Of a stretch of DNA of 64,000 nucleotides, positions 47,859 through 58,255 are shown piece by piece. The translations under genes were made by a program, and so were the position numbers. The DNA lies in assembly GCA_965221775.1 (NCBI GenBank), contig CBDCSU010000005.1, forward strand, positions 192,001 through 256,000, read 5' to 3'. The DNA comes from Candidatus Latescibacterota bacterium (GTDB lineage Bacteria > Latescibacterota > UBA2968 > UBA8231). The notes beneath the pieces are model-generated. The model was not told where the DNA came from, made no database searches, and saw nothing but the letters and a program-made list of their open reading frames with translations. Every line of letters starts with the position of its first letter. Within the stretch, counting starts at the first letter, position 1.

Positions 47859-49060
47859 CCACCGCCTACTTCGACTGTCTCTCCGGCGTCAGCGGCGACA
47901 TGGTCCTCGGCGCCGTGGTCGACGCGGGCCTCGAGCCGGACCGCTTGCAGCGGGAGGTCGACCGCCTCGCCGTGGGCGCGCGTCTTCGTTGCGAGAGCGT
48001 CAGCCGCTGCGGCCTGCAGGCCACCCGCGTGCGGGTGGAGATCGACGGCCAGGCCCCGGAGTCGGAGCACCACCTCGACCCCGGTCATCCACCTCACACC
48101 CACCTGAAGGATCTGCTCGCCCGGATCGACGGCAGTGCTCTCGACGAGGCCGACAAGGCCTGCGCGCGCCGGGTCTTCCGCCGCCTGGCCGAGGCCGAGG
48201 CCGAGGTCCACGGCGTCGACGTGGAGGCTGTCGGCCTCCACGAGGCCGGCAGCCTCGACGCCGTCGTCGACATCGCCGGAGCCGTCGCCGGTCTGCGGCT
48301 CCTCGGCGTCACGCGGGTGTACTCCTCCGCCCTGCACTGCGGGACCGGCACCGTGGAGTGCGCCCACGGACGCTACCCGCTTCCGGCGCCGGGGGTCCTG
48401 GCCCTGTGCCGGGGCGTTCCCCTGGTGCAGACCGATGTGAAGGCCGAGCTCGTGACCCCCACGGGGGCCGCCCTGATCACGACCCTGGCCGAGGGCTTCG
48501 GTCCGGCGCCGGCCATGCGTCTCGACGCCGTCGGCTACGGCGCCGGCGCCCGCGACCTGGCGCAGGCCCCCAACGTCCTGCGTCTGAGGCTGTCGCACCC
48601 GGCGGCGACCGACTCCGACGGGCAGCGCTGCGTCGTGCTCGAGGCCAACGTGGACGACATGAACCCCGAGGTCTACGGCTACCTCTTCGAGCGCCTCCTC
48701 GAGGCCGGGGCCCGCGATCTCTACGTCACCCCGGTGCTGATGAAGAAGAACCGCCCCGGCCACCTGCTCAGCGTCCTCGTCGATCCGGCCCACCTCGAGG
48801 CCGTCTCCGACGTCGTCCTCGGGGAGACCACCAGCCTCGGCGTGCGCCACTACGAGGTGGAGCGCCGCGTGCTGGAGCGTTCCACCCTCTCGGTGGAGAC
48901 CGAGTTCGGTCCGGTGCGCGTGAAGGTGGCCCGCCTGAACGGCCGGCGGCGCGTGGCCCCCGAGTACGAGGACTGCGCCGGACTGGCGCGGAGCCGCCGC
49001 GTCCCCATCCTCAGCGTGTACGGGGCCGCGGTCTCCGCCGCCACGGAGGAACCCGCATGA
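47855..49060 (+). CDS. larC: Nickel pincer cofactor biosynthesis protein LarC
   Basis: YFDCLSGVSGDM, His-rich loop, AEAEVHG, CAHG, ELVTPTG, EANVDD, MKKNRPG, PEYED. Confidence 0.92.
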   Translation: MTTAYFDCLSGVSGDMVLGAVVDAGLEPDRLQREVDRLAVGARLRCESVSRCGLQATRVRVEIDGQAPESEHHLDPGHPPHTHLKDLLARIDGSALDEADKACARRVFRRLAEAEAEVHGVDVEAVGLHEAGSLDAVVDIAGAVAGLRLLGVTRVYSSALHCGTGTVECAHGRYPLPAPGVLALCRGVPLVQTDVKAELVTPTGAALITTLAEGFGPAPAMRLDAVGYGAGARDLAQAPNVLRLRLSHPAATDSDGQRCVVLEANVDDMNPEVYGYLFERLLEAGARDLYVTPVLMKKNRPGHLLSVLVDPAHLEAVSDVVLGETTSLGVRHYEVERRVLERSTLSVETEFGPVRVKVARLNGRRRVAPEYEDCAGLARSRRVPILSVYGAAVSAATEEPA

Positions 49061-49830
49061 GACCCCTCGCCCTCGCCATCGCCATCGGAATGGCCTGCTC
49101 CCGGGCGGCGTCCGCGCCGGCTCCCGAACTCTCGGAGATCCCCGGCCGGGGCGCCTTCGACGAGTTCGACAGCGTCCTGCCCCTGCCCCCCGGCAAGGAC
49201 GGCGTGGAGCGCTTCGCCCTCGGCGACATCCATGGCTTCGTGCACGTCTACGAAGGCCGGGACGGCGCCTACGCCGAGGTCTGGATCAGCGAGTACCTGG
49301 AGAGCTCCGTCTCCGGACTGGTGCTGGCCGACGCCGACCTCGACGGCCTTCGGGAGATCCTCGTGTATACCGAAGGCGGGCGCATTCACCTCCTCGACCT
49401 CGGCGACTACCACTTCCTGTGGAGCAATCCCGCCACCGACTACGAGCAGATCTCGGCCCTGGCGGTGCACGACGTCGACGACGACGAGCAGCCGGAGCTG
49501 CTCTTCGTGGCCGACGGACGGCTGGTCATCTACGACGGCCGCGACCGCTTCGAGGAGTGGCGCAGCGACCAGGACAACCTGACCTCCACCGACCTCCTCG
49601 TGGGCGACGTGGACGGCGACGGCGCCGACGAGATCGTCCTCAACGACGGTTTCGTCTTCGACGCCCGCTACCGCGACCTGGAGTGGCAGTCGCCGGAGAG
49701 CTTCGGCGAGCGCATCGGCCTCCTCGACGTCGACGACGACGAGATCCCGGAGGTGGTGGGCGAGTTCGGCGGCAGGTTCCTGCGCATCTTCGACATCGAC
49801 CTGCGAAGGATGAAGTCCGCGCGCCAATAG
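49057..49830 (+). CDS. Exported acidic FG-GAP/VCBS-repeat protein
   Basis: Signal peptide/lipobox-like GMAC; [38 protein letters not shown]. Confidence 0.7.
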   Translation: MRPLALAIAIGMACSRAASAPAPELSEIPGRGAFDEFDSVLPLPPGKDGVERFALGDIHGFVHVYEGRDGAYAEVWISEYLESSVSGLVLADADLDGLREILVYTEGGRIHLLDLGDYHFLWSNPATDYEQISALAVHDVDDDEQPELLFVADGRLVIYDGRDRFEEWRSDQDNLTSTDLLVGDVDGDGADEIVLNDGFVFDARYRDLEWQSPESFGERIGLLDVDDDEIPEVVGEFGGRFLRIFDIDLRRMKSARQ

Positions 49831-49870
49831 GCCGAAGCGCGGGCCCACCGACACAAGAAGAGAGGGAGAA

Positions 49871-50863
49871 ATGGCCAGACCCGTTACCTTGTTCACCGGC
49901 CAGTGGGCCGACCTCGACACCCCGACCATGTGCGAGAAGGCGCGCAGCTTCGGTTACGACGGCCTCGAGCTGGCCTGCTGGGGAGACCACTTCGAGGTGC
50001 CGAAGGCCGACGACGCCTACTGCGCCGGCCGGCGGGCCCTCCTCGAGGAGCACGACCTGCAGCTGTTCTCGATCTCCGCCCACCTCGTGGGGCAGGCCGT
50101 GTGCGACAACATCGACGGCCGCCACCAGGCGATCCTCCCGGAGTACGTGTGGGGCGACGGCGACCCCGAGGGCGTGCGCCAGCGCGCCGCCGCCGAACTG
50201 GTGGCCACGGCGCAGGCCGCCGCCCGCCTCGGCGTGGAGGTGGTCAACGGCTTCACGGGCAGCTCCATCTGGCACCTGCTCTACTCCTTCCCCCCAACCT
50301 CCGACGAGATGATCGACGCCGGCTTCACCGACTTCGCCGACCGCTTCCGGCCGATCCTCGACGAGTTCCAGGAGGCGGGCGTCAAGTTCGCCCTCGAGGT
50401 GCATCCCACGGAGATCGCCTTCGACATCGCCTCGGCGGAGCGCGCCGTCGACGCCCTCGACGGCCATCCCGCCTTCGGCTTCAACTACGATCCCAGCCAC
50501 CTCGGCTACCAGGGCGTCGACTACGTGGAGTTCATCCACCGCTTCGCCGACCGCATCTTCCACGTGCACATGAAGGACGTGGGCTGGTCGGCGATCCCCA
50601 CCGAGGCCGGCGTCTTCGGCGGCCACACCGCCTTCGGAGACCGGCGCCGCTACTGGGACTTCCGCTCCCTCGGCCGCGGCAACATCGACTTCGAGGAGAT
50701 CATCCGCGCCCTCAACCAGATCCGCTACGGCGGCCCCCTCTCGGTGGAGTGGGAGGACGGCGGCATGGACCGCGAGCACGGCGCCGCCGAGGCCTGCGCT
50801 TTCGTCAAGGAGGTCGACTTCGAGCCCTCCGAAGCGGCCTTCGACGCGGCCTTCTCGGAGTAG
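49871..50863 (+). CDS. Sugar phosphate isomerase/epimerase (xylose isomerase-like TIM barrel)
   Basis: [43 protein letters not shown]. Confidence 0.9.
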   Translation: MARPVTLFTGQWADLDTPTMCEKARSFGYDGLELACWGDHFEVPKADDAYCAGRRALLEEHDLQLFSISAHLVGQAVCDNIDGRHQAILPEYVWGDGDPEGVRQRAAAELVATAQAAARLGVEVVNGFTGSSIWHLLYSFPPTSDEMIDAGFTDFADRFRPILDEFQEAGVKFALEVHPTEIAFDIASAERAVDALDGHPAFGFNYDPSHLGYQGVDYVEFIHRFADRIFHVHMKDVGWSAIPTEAGVFGGHTAFGDRRRYWDFRSLGRGNIDFEEIIRALNQIRYGGPLSVEWEDGGMDREHGAAEACAFVKEVDFEPSEAAFDAAFSE

Positions 50864-50867
50864 TCCC

Positions 50868-52448
50868 GTGGCCCCTGCCCGCCTGGCCGCGGCCCTCGGC
50901 GCCCTGCTGCTGCTGGGCGCCTGCGGCGGCGGCCCCGCCCCCGAGGCGCAGAAGGTGCTGGTCTTCGGACGCGGCGCCGACTCCGTCGGCCTCGACCCGG
51001 CCCTGGAGAACGACGGCGAGTCCTTCAAGGTCTGCGACAACATCTACGAGACCCTGGTCACCTACGAGGCGGAGTCGACCCAGGTACTCCCTCAGCTGGC
51101 CCGCCGTTGGGAGGTCAGCGACGACGGCCTGCGCTGGACCTTCCACCTGCGCACCGACGTGCGCTTCCACGACGGCACGCCCTTCACCGCCCAGGCGGTT
51201 CTGTTCTCCCTCGGCCGCCAGTTCTTCCCCGACCATCCCCGGTACCGGCCCGCCGCCGGCAACTACAAGTACTGGAAGGACATGGGCATGGACGACATCG
51301 TCGCCCACATGTCCGCCCCCGACGACTCGACCTTCGTCATGGAGCTGGCCGCCCCCAGCGCCCCCTTCCTGTCGACCCTGGGCATGAACTTCTGCGGCAT
51401 CGTCTCGCCGGCGGCGGTGGAGCGCCACGGCGCCGACTACTTCAAGAACCCGGTGGGCACCGGTCCCTTCCGTTTCGTCGAGTGGCGCAAGGACGAGCGC
51501 ATCGTCCTCGAGCGCTTCGACGGCTACTGGGGCGAGGCTCCGCGGATCGACCGCCTCGTCTTCAAGTACATCCAGGACGCCTCGGTGCGCTTCCTCGAGC
51601 TGCGCGCCGGCGACGTCCACGGCGTCGACAACCTCAACCCGGAGTTCATCGAGAGCATCCGCTCCGACCCCGAGATCCAGCTCCTCACCCAGCCCGGGAT
51701 GAACGTGGGCTACCTGGCGATGAATCTCGACAAGGAGCCCTTCGGCGACCTGCGGGTCCGCCGCGCCGTCAACCACGCGGTGAACAAGCAGTCCCTGGTG
51801 GACAACTTCTACGCCGGCCTGGCGGTGCCGGCCAAGAACCCGATCCCGCCCGTCATGTGGAGCTACAACGACGACGTGGCCGCCTACGAGTACGACCCGG
51901 AGCGCGCCCGGGAGCTGCTCGCCGAGGCGGGGCTGGCCGGCGGGTTCTCCACCGAGCTGTGGGTGCCCCTGGCGACGCGGCCGTACATGCCGCAGCCGGA
52001 GAAGATCGCCCAGGCCCTGCAGGCCGACCTGGGCCGCGTCGGCATCGAGGTGGAGCTGGTGACCACCGAGTGGGCCACCTACCTCGACAAGGTCTTCGAC
52101 GGGCAGCACGACATGTGCCTGCTGGGATGGACGGGCGACAACGGCGATCCCGACAACTTCCTCTACGTCCTGCTGGACAAGACGGCGGCGGTGAAGCCGG
52201 CCCAGAACGTGGCCTTCTACCGCTCCGACGAGCTCCACGAGGTGCTCGTCGAGGCCCGCCACAGCGTCGACCCCGCCGAGCGCACCCGGCTCTACCGCCA
52301 GGCCCAGGAGATCGTCCACCGGGACGCGCCGTGGGTGCCGCTGGTGCACGCCACGCAGACAGCCGCCTTCCGCAGCGACGTGGGCGGCTTCGCCCTGCAC
52401 CCCACCGGCAGCAAGTGGTTCCAGCCCGTCTACTTCGCGCCGCGGTGA
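50868..52448 (+). CDS. dppA: Dipeptide/oligopeptide ABC substrate-binding lipoprotein (DppA-like)
   Basis: Lipobox LGAC, LDPA, FHDGTPF, PVGTGPF, RPYMP, GWTGDNGDPDNF. Confidence 0.88.
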   Translation: MAPARLAAALGALLLLGACGGGPAPEAQKVLVFGRGADSVGLDPALENDGESFKVCDNIYETLVTYEAESTQVLPQLARRWEVSDDGLRWTFHLRTDVRFHDGTPFTAQAVLFSLGRQFFPDHPRYRPAAGNYKYWKDMGMDDIVAHMSAPDDSTFVMELAAPSAPFLSTLGMNFCGIVSPAAVERHGADYFKNPVGTGPFRFVEWRKDERIVLERFDGYWGEAPRIDRLVFKYIQDASVRFLELRAGDVHGVDNLNPEFIESIRSDPEIQLLTQPGMNVGYLAMNLDKEPFGDLRVRRAVNHAVNKQSLVDNFYAGLAVPAKNPIPPVMWSYNDDVAAYEYDPERARELLAEAGLAGGFSTELWVPLATRPYMPQPEKIAQALQADLGRVGIEVELVTTEWATYLDKVFDGQHDMCLLGWTGDNGDPDNFLYVLLDKTAAVKPAQNVAFYRSDELHEVLVEARHSVDPAERTRLYRQAQEIVHRDAPWVPLVHATQTAAFRSDVGGFALHPTGSKWFQPVYFAPR

Positions 52449-52504
52449 GCCGCCCGCCGGCGGCCGCCGGCGCCGGCCCCCTCCGGTGAAAGCCCCGCCG
52501 GGCC

Positions 52505-53509
52505 GTGACCGCCTTCATCCTCCGGCGCCTGACGCTCCTGGTCCCGACGGTGCTCGGGATCTCGGTCCTCGTCTTCCTGATGATCTACTTGGTGCCGGGG
52601 GACCCGGCCCAGGTGATGCTCGGCGAGCGCGCCAACGCCGAGACCCTGGCGGCCCTGCGCCAGGAGCTGGGCCTCGACCAGCCCTTCCACGTGCAGCTCG
52701 GCCGGTTCTTCGCCGATCTGATGCGCGGCGACCTGGGCCGCTCTTTCCGCACCCACGAGCTGGTCACGGTGGAGATCTTCGACCGCTTTCCGGCCACCTG
52801 CGAGCTGACCCTGGCGGCGATGTGCTTCGCCATCGCCGGCGGTCTCGCCCTCGGCATGGTCGCCGCCGTGCGCCGCGGCGGCTTTCTCGACCACCTGAGC
52901 ATGACCGCGGCCACCGCCGGCATCTCCATGCCCGTGTTCTGGCTGGCCCTCGTCCTCATCCTGCTGCTGGCCGTGCAGCTGCCCCTGTTCCCCATCTCCG
53001 GCCGCATCTCCGCCCACACCTACATCGAGGCGCGCACCGGCTTCTACATCCTCGACGCGCTCCTGGCCGGCGACCTGGCGGCCCTCGGCGACGCCCTGCG
53101 CCACCTCGTGCTGCCGGCCCTGGCCCTGGGGACGATCCCCCTGGCCGTCATCGCCCGCATGACCCGCTCCAGCCTGCTGGAGGTGCTGGGCGAGGACTAC
53201 ATCCGCACGGCCCGCGCCAAGGGCCTGGCGCCGATGCCGGTGCTGGTGCGCCACGCCCTGCGCAACGCCTTCATCCCCACCCTGACGGTGATCGCCCTGG
53301 AGTTCGGCTACCTTCTCGGCGGCGCCATCATCACCGAGACGATCTTCGCCTGGCCCGGCATCGGCCGCTGGCTCTACCTGGCGGTCCTGGCCCGGGACTT
53401 CCGCGCCGTCCAGGGCGGGGTGCTGCTGCTGGCGACGCTCTTCATCCTCATCAACCTCGCCGCCGACGTGCTCTACGCCTGGCTCGACCCGCGCATCCGC
53501 TATGACTGA
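52505..53509 (+). CDS. dppB: Dipeptide ABC permease (DppB-like)
   Basis: PGDPA, LGLDQP, ISMPVFW, DYIRTARAKG, DPRIRY. Confidence 0.9.
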   Translation: MTAFILRRLTLLVPTVLGISVLVFLMIYLVPGDPAQVMLGERANAETLAALRQELGLDQPFHVQLGRFFADLMRGDLGRSFRTHELVTVEIFDRFPATCELTLAAMCFAIAGGLALGMVAAVRRGGFLDHLSMTAATAGISMPVFWLALVLILLLAVQLPLFPISGRISAHTYIEARTGFYILDALLAGDLAALGDALRHLVLPALALGTIPLAVIARMTRSSLLEVLGEDYIRTARAKGLAPMPVLVRHALRNAFIPTLTVIALEFGYLLGGAIITETIFAWPGIGRWLYLAVLARDFRAVQGGVLLLATLFILINLAADVLYAWLDPRIRYD

Positions 53510-54755
53510 GACGAGGAGGGAACCCGTGGCACAGGACCAGGAGATCAAGGTGGGTGTCGTCGGGGTGCGGCGCGGCGAGAGCTTCATCAAGGGAGCCACC
53601 GGCGCCGTGGGCATGAGGCTGACGGCGATCTGCGACGTATGGGAGGAGCGCCTGGCGGCGGCGGGGCGCAACTACGGGGTGGCCACCTTCACCGACTACG
53701 GCGCCTTCCTCGACAGCGGCCTGGACGCGGTGATCCTGGCCAACTACTTCCACGAGCACGCCCCTTTCGCGGTGCGCGCCCTGGAGGCCGGCAAGCACGT
53801 CCTCTCCGAGACGGCGGCCAACGGCACCCTCGCCGACGGCGTCGCCCTCTGCCGCGCCGTGGAACGGTCGGGATGCATCTACATGCTCGCCGAGAACTAC
53901 TGCTACACCCTCTTCAGCCAGGAGATGCGCCGCCTCTACCAGACCGGGGAGATCGGCCGGGTGACCTACGCCGAGGGCGAGTACAACCACCCCATGGCCC
54001 CCGAGGCGCGCCTGCGCCTGGCCCCCGGCGAGGACCACTGGCGCAACCGGATCCCCTCGACCTACTACTGCACCCACGCCCTGGCGCCGCTGGTCTACAT
54101 CACCGGCTCCCTGCCCCGCATGGTGAACGGCCTGTCCATCTCCGCCCCCGAGGTCGAGGAGGAGACCGTGCGCCGGGGGGACGCCGGCTCGGTGATCCTG
54201 TGCCGCACCGACGACGGCGCCGTGTTCCGCATCTTCGGGCTGAGCCTGCCCGGCCACAGCAACTGGTACCGCGTCCACGGCACGGGCGGAGCGATGGAGA
54301 TCGCCCGCGGACCGGGTTACTTCGGACCGGGCCACGTGCGGGTGTGGCACGAGCCGTGGAACCAGTGGCCCGGGCAGCCCCTGGAGCGGTCCTACCTGCC
54401 GGAGTGGCCGGAGCACGCCGAGCTGGCCGAGCAGGCCGGCCACGGCGGCGGCGACTTCTGGACCAACTTCCATTTTGCCCGGGCGATCCGCTCGGGCGAG
54501 GCGCCATTCCTCGACGTGTACCGGGCCGTGGCCATGAGCTCCGTCGGCATCCTCGCCTGGCGCAGCGCCCTGCAGGAGGGGCAACCGGTGGAAGTCCCGG
54601 ACTTCCGCGACGAGGCGCAGAGGGCGCCCCTCGAGGACGACACCTGGTCGCCCTGGCCGGGAGGGGATCCGCGGGCGCCGTCGAGCATCCACCCGGCCCG
54701 GGAGCCGAGCGCCGAGGCCCTGGAGCGCGCCCGGCGGATCTGGGAGGAGCTGTGA
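53502..54755 (+). CDS. Gfo/Idh/MocA family oxidoreductase
   Basis: KVGVVG, GKHVLSE, MLAENY, AEGEY.H, YCTH, GHGGGD. Confidence 0.85.
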   Translation: MTETRREPVAQDQEIKVGVVGVRRGESFIKGATGAVGMRLTAICDVWEERLAAAGRNYGVATFTDYGAFLDSGLDAVILANYFHEHAPFAVRALEAGKHVLSETAANGTLADGVALCRAVERSGCIYMLAENYCYTLFSQEMRRLYQTGEIGRVTYAEGEYNHPMAPEARLRLAPGEDHWRNRIPSTYYCTHALAPLVYITGSLPRMVNGLSISAPEVEEETVRRGDAGSVILCRTDDGAVFRIFGLSLPGHSNWYRVHGTGGAMEIARGPGYFGPGHVRVWHEPWNQWPGQPLERSYLPEWPEHAELAEQAGHGGGDFWTNFHFARAIRSGEAPFLDVYRAVAMSSVGILAWRSALQEGQPVEVPDFRDEAQRAPLEDDTWSPWPGGDPRAPSSIHPAREPSAEALERARRIWEEL

Positions 54756-54833
54756 CCCTGCCGACGGCCGCTTGACCATCTGTCGGCGGCTCCCGTACTT
54801 GCACCCTTCCCTCGACCCCGCGCACAGACGACG

Positions 54834-55529
54834 ATGGAACCCGAACTGACCCCGGAAGAGCTGCGGATCCTCGGTGCCCTGATCGAGAAGGGGATCACGA
54901 CACCGGACTACTACCCCATGACCCTGAACGCCCTGACGGCGGCCTGCAACCAGAAGTCCAACCGCGACCCGGTGCTCGAGTACGGCGAGAAGACCGTCGT
55001 GCGCGCCCTGGACTCGCTGCGCGACAAGGGGCTGGCGCGCGTCGTCAGCGGCCCCGACATGAGGGTGCCCAAGTACTATCACCGCTTCACCGAGGTCCGG
55101 GAGTTCTCCGCTCCCGAGGTGGCGGTGCTCTGCGAGCTGATGCTGCGGGGGCCGCAGACGCCCGGCGAGTTGCGCAGCCGCGGCAGCCGGATGCACCCCT
55201 TCGAGAGCCTCGCCGAGGTCGAGGCCGTGCTCGAGTCCCTGATGGAGCGGCCGGCGGGGGCTGCCGTCGTCCGCCTGCCGCGGCAGCCCGGGTTCAAGGA
55301 GTCCCGCTTCGCCCACCTCCTCGGCGCTGCCCCCGTGATCGAGGAGCCCGCCGCGGACGGCCCGGACGGGGCCGGTGACTCCGGGGGGGGCCGGCCGGAG
55401 GCCGCCCGCCTGGCGGCAGCGGCCGAGGACGAGAGACTCGAGCGCCTCGAGGCCGCCGTCGCCGGCCTCGTCGAGGAGATCGCTTCTCTGCGCTCGGAGT
55501 TGAAGGAGTTCAGGGGGCAGTTCGAGTAG
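54834..55529 (+). CDS. YceH / DUF480 family protein
   Basis: LIEK..TTPDYYPMTLNAL..ACNQKSNRDPV, LMLRGPQTPGELR. Confidence 0.9.
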   Translation: MEPELTPEELRILGALIEKGITTPDYYPMTLNALTAACNQKSNRDPVLEYGEKTVVRALDSLRDKGLARVVSGPDMRVPKYYHRFTEVREFSAPEVAVLCELMLRGPQTPGELRSRGSRMHPFESLAEVEAVLESLMERPAGAAVVRLPRQPGFKESRFAHLLGAAPVIEEPAADGPDGAGDSGGGRPEAARLAAAAEDERLERLEAAVAGLVEEIASLRSELKEFRGQFE

Positions 55530-55540
55530 GGTTGCAGCGG

Positions 55541-56398
55541 ATGACCAGTACCTCCAGGAGCCCCATCACCGACGCCATGCCGGAGGTCGACCGGGAGCTG
55601 CGGTTCCACCCCGTCCACCACGACCGGCCCCGATGCCTGACCCCCGCGCAGCTGCGGCAGTTCGACGAGCTGGGGTACATCTTCCCACTGCACGTCTTCA
55701 CCCCCGCCGAGGCCGCGGCCAACCGCGCCTACTTCGACGACTTGATGGACCGCGCCGCCGCCGCCGGCTGGGACGCGTACTCCATCAACGGCTGGCAGCG
55801 CCACTGCGCCGGCATGTGGGACCTGTGCGCGGAGCCGCGCATCCTCGACTACGTGCAGGACCTGCTCGGCCAGGACCTGGTCTGCTGGGGGGCGCACTTC
55901 TTCTGCAAGCAGCCCGGGGACGAGCGCCGGGTGAGCTGGCACCAGGACGCCTCGTACTGGCCCCTGACCCCGAGCCGCACCGTCACCGTGTGGCTGGCCA
56001 TCGACGACGCCGACGAGGAGAACGGCGCCATGGCCGTGGTGCCGGGCTCCCACCTGCACGGCCAGATCCCCTTCGCGCGCAGCGAGGCCGGCGAGCGCAA
56101 CGTGCTCAACCAGACCGTCGTCGATCCCCGCCGCTACGGCGGCGATCCGGTGTCCTTCGTCATGAGAGCGGGGCAGATCTCCCTGCACACCGACCTGCTG
56201 CTCCACGGCTCCAACCCCAACCTCTCCGACCGGCGGCGCTGCGGCCTGACCATGCGCTTCGTGCCTCCCGAGGTTCGCGCCCACAAGGGCTGGAACCGGG
56301 GCGCCATCATCTGCCGCGGAGCGGACCCGGACGGCCACTGGCACCACCACCCGCGGCCCGAGGGTGAGGTGATCCCGAGGAGGGGGGATGGCGGGTGA
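55541..56398 (+). CDS. PhyH-family Fe(II)/2-oxoglutarate dioxygenase
   Basis: WHQD, WLAIDDA..ENG, PGSH, LHGS..N...RR; start uncertain (55532 onward). Confidence 0.88.
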   Translation: MTSTSRSPITDAMPEVDRELRFHPVHHDRPRCLTPAQLRQFDELGYIFPLHVFTPAEAAANRAYFDDLMDRAAAAGWDAYSINGWQRHCAGMWDLCAEPRILDYVQDLLGQDLVCWGAHFFCKQPGDERRVSWHQDASYWPLTPSRTVTVWLAIDDADEENGAMAVVPGSHLHGQIPFARSEAGERNVLNQTVVDPRRYGGDPVSFVMRAGQISLHTDLLLHGSNPNLSDRRRCGLTMRFVPPEVRAHKGWNRGAIICRGADPDGHWHHHPRPEGEVIPRRGDGG

Positions 56399-56416
56399 GC
56401 CCGAGGGGATCGACCG

Positions 56417-56719
56417 ATGAGGAAACACCTGCTGCACTGGACCACCGGGCTCGGCCCGACCCTGCTGTCGTCCCAGGCGGCGGCGCAGGACGACCTGACC
56501 GAGGTGCCGCTGGTTCCCAGCCCGTCAATGACCCCGGTCGCCTCGCCGGCCACCTCGGGCCGCGCCGGGTCACGTCCATGCCCGAGGGCATGACCTGGAG
56601 ATCGACGGCGCGACGACGCGGTACCGCCTGCGCGGGCAGGAGCGCGATCCCGGCCTGCTGCCGGGGGCGCTGATCCTGGCGGGCGGGCTCAACGGCATCC
56701 AGGTGATGGAGGTTCCGAG
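56417..56719 (+). pseudogene. Probable frameshifted remnant of a secreted-protein gene
   Basis: SD, then MRKHLLHWTTGLGPTLLSSQAAAQDD (signal-like); GC3-rich codon phase switches frame twice. Confidence 0.4.
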
Positions 56720-57463
56720 ATGGAGATCGCCGCCCGCGGCCTGGCCAAGCGCTTCGCCTCCGGCGTCGAGGCACTGAGCGGCGTCGATCTGGCCGTCGGG
56801 CGCGGGCGGTTCGCCTCCGTCGTCGGGCCTTCCGGCTGCGGCAAGTCCACCCTGCTGCGGCTGGTGGCCGGCCTCGAGGAACCATCGGGCGGGGCCCTCT
56901 CCGTCAACGGGCGAGCCCCGCGGGCACGCGGCGCCGACGACTTGGGATTCGTCTTTCAGGACCCCACCCTTCTGCCCTGGCGCTCGGTGGCCGGCAACGT
57001 CGGGCTGCCCCTGCAACTGCGCCGCACTCCCGACCCGGGGCGGGTCCGTGAACTCCTCGAGCTGGTGGGCCTCGCCGACTTCGCCGACGCCTTTCCGGCG
57101 CAGCTCTCCGGCGGCATGCGCATGCGCGCCGCCATCGCCCGGGCCCTCGCCATCGGCCCCCGGCTGCTGCTCCTCGACGAGCCCTTCGGCGCCCTCGACG
57201 AGATCACCCGGCAGCGCCTCAACGAGGAACTGCTGCGTCTGTGGCAGGCGGACGGCTGGACCGGCCTCTTCGTCACCCACAACGTGGCGGAGGCGGTCTT
57301 CCTCGGCCAGCAGGTCCTGGTCATGAGCGCCCGGCCGGGGCGGATCCTGGCCGACATCGACGTTCCCTTCGAGTACCCGAGAGATCCGCTCCTGCGCACG
57401 GCGCCGGAGTTCATCGGCCTGGCGGGAGAGATCTCACGCCGGCTGGCCGAGGCGGACGCCTGA
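56720..57463 (+). CDS. NitT/TauT-family ABC ATP-binding protein
   Basis: GPSGCGKST, VFQDPTLLPW, LSGGM, LLDEPFGALD. Confidence 0.92.
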   Translation: MEIAARGLAKRFASGVEALSGVDLAVGRGRFASVVGPSGCGKSTLLRLVAGLEEPSGGALSVNGRAPRARGADDLGFVFQDPTLLPWRSVAGNVGLPLQLRRTPDPGRVRELLELVGLADFADAFPAQLSGGMRMRAAIARALAIGPRLLLLDEPFGALDEITRQRLNEELLRLWQADGWTGLFVTHNVAEAVFLGQQVLVMSARPGRILADIDVPFEYPRDPLLRTAPEFIGLAGEISRRLAEADA

Positions 57464-58245
57464 TGCAACGCCTGCGCGCCCTCGCCTCCGGCGGCCTGCC
57501 TCCCCTGCTGTTCTTCCTCCTCGTACTCTGCGCCTGGCAGGGCGCCGTGACCCTCTTCGACATCAAGCCCTTCCTGCTCCCCGGCCCGCTGCTCGTGGCC
57601 CGCGCCGCGGCCGAGAACCTGCCCCGCCTGCTCTCCGCGGCCCTGCTGACCGCCGTCGGGGCTCTCCTCGGCCTCTGCCTCAGCCTCGCCTTCGGCTTCC
57701 TGGTCTCCCTGCTGTTCTCGCAGTCGCGGCTCATCGAGCGCAGCCTCTACCCCTACGCCATCTTCCTGCAGACGGTGCCCATCGTCGCCGTGGCGCCCCT
57801 CATCGTCCTCTGGATCGGCTACGGGCTGCCGGGTGTGGTGGCCGTCGCCTTCATCCTCTCCCTGTTCCCGGTCATCGCCAACACCACCGCCGGCCTGACG
57901 CGCGTCGACCCCCGTCTCCTCGACCTCTTCGCCCTCAACAACGCCAGCCGCTGGCAGGTCCTCTTCCGGCTGCGCGTCCCCGGGGCGGTGCCGCAGATGC
58001 TCACCGGCGCCCGGATCTCCAGCGGCCTCTCCGTCATCGGCGCCATCGTCGGCGAGTTCTTCGCCGGCTACGGCACCCGGGACTTCGGCCTCGGCTACCT
58101 GATCATCCTCACCAACGGGCAGGCGCGGACCGACTACCTCTTCGCCTGCATCCTGTTCTGCACGCTCCTGGGCCTGTCGATCTTCACCGCCGTGGGCGCC
58201 CTGAGCGGCTTCCTGCTCAGGCGCTGGACCGGCACCACGAACTGA
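57463..58245 (+). CDS. NitT/TauT-family ABC permease
   Basis: QTVPIVAVAPL, FPVIANT..GL, GAIVGEF, GLGYLI. Confidence 0.9.
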   Translation: MQRLRALASGGLPPLLFFLLVLCAWQGAVTLFDIKPFLLPGPLLVARAAAENLPRLLSAALLTAVGALLGLCLSLAFGFLVSLLFSQSRLIERSLYPYAIFLQTVPIVAVAPLIVLWIGYGLPGVVAVAFILSLFPVIANTTAGLTRVDPRLLDLFALNNASRWQVLFRLRVPGAVPQMLTGARISSGLSVIGAIVGEFFAGYGTRDFGLGYLIILTNGQARTDYLFACILFCTLLGLSIFTAVGALSGFLLRRWTGTTN

Positions 58246-58255
58246 GAGCGACCCC

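Noticed and set aside
56399-56719. TPP riboswitch upstream of the THI5-like ABC transporter
   Set aside because: Core TPP motifs (CTGAGA and the CTGAT...TAATACC...AGGGA arrangement) are absent
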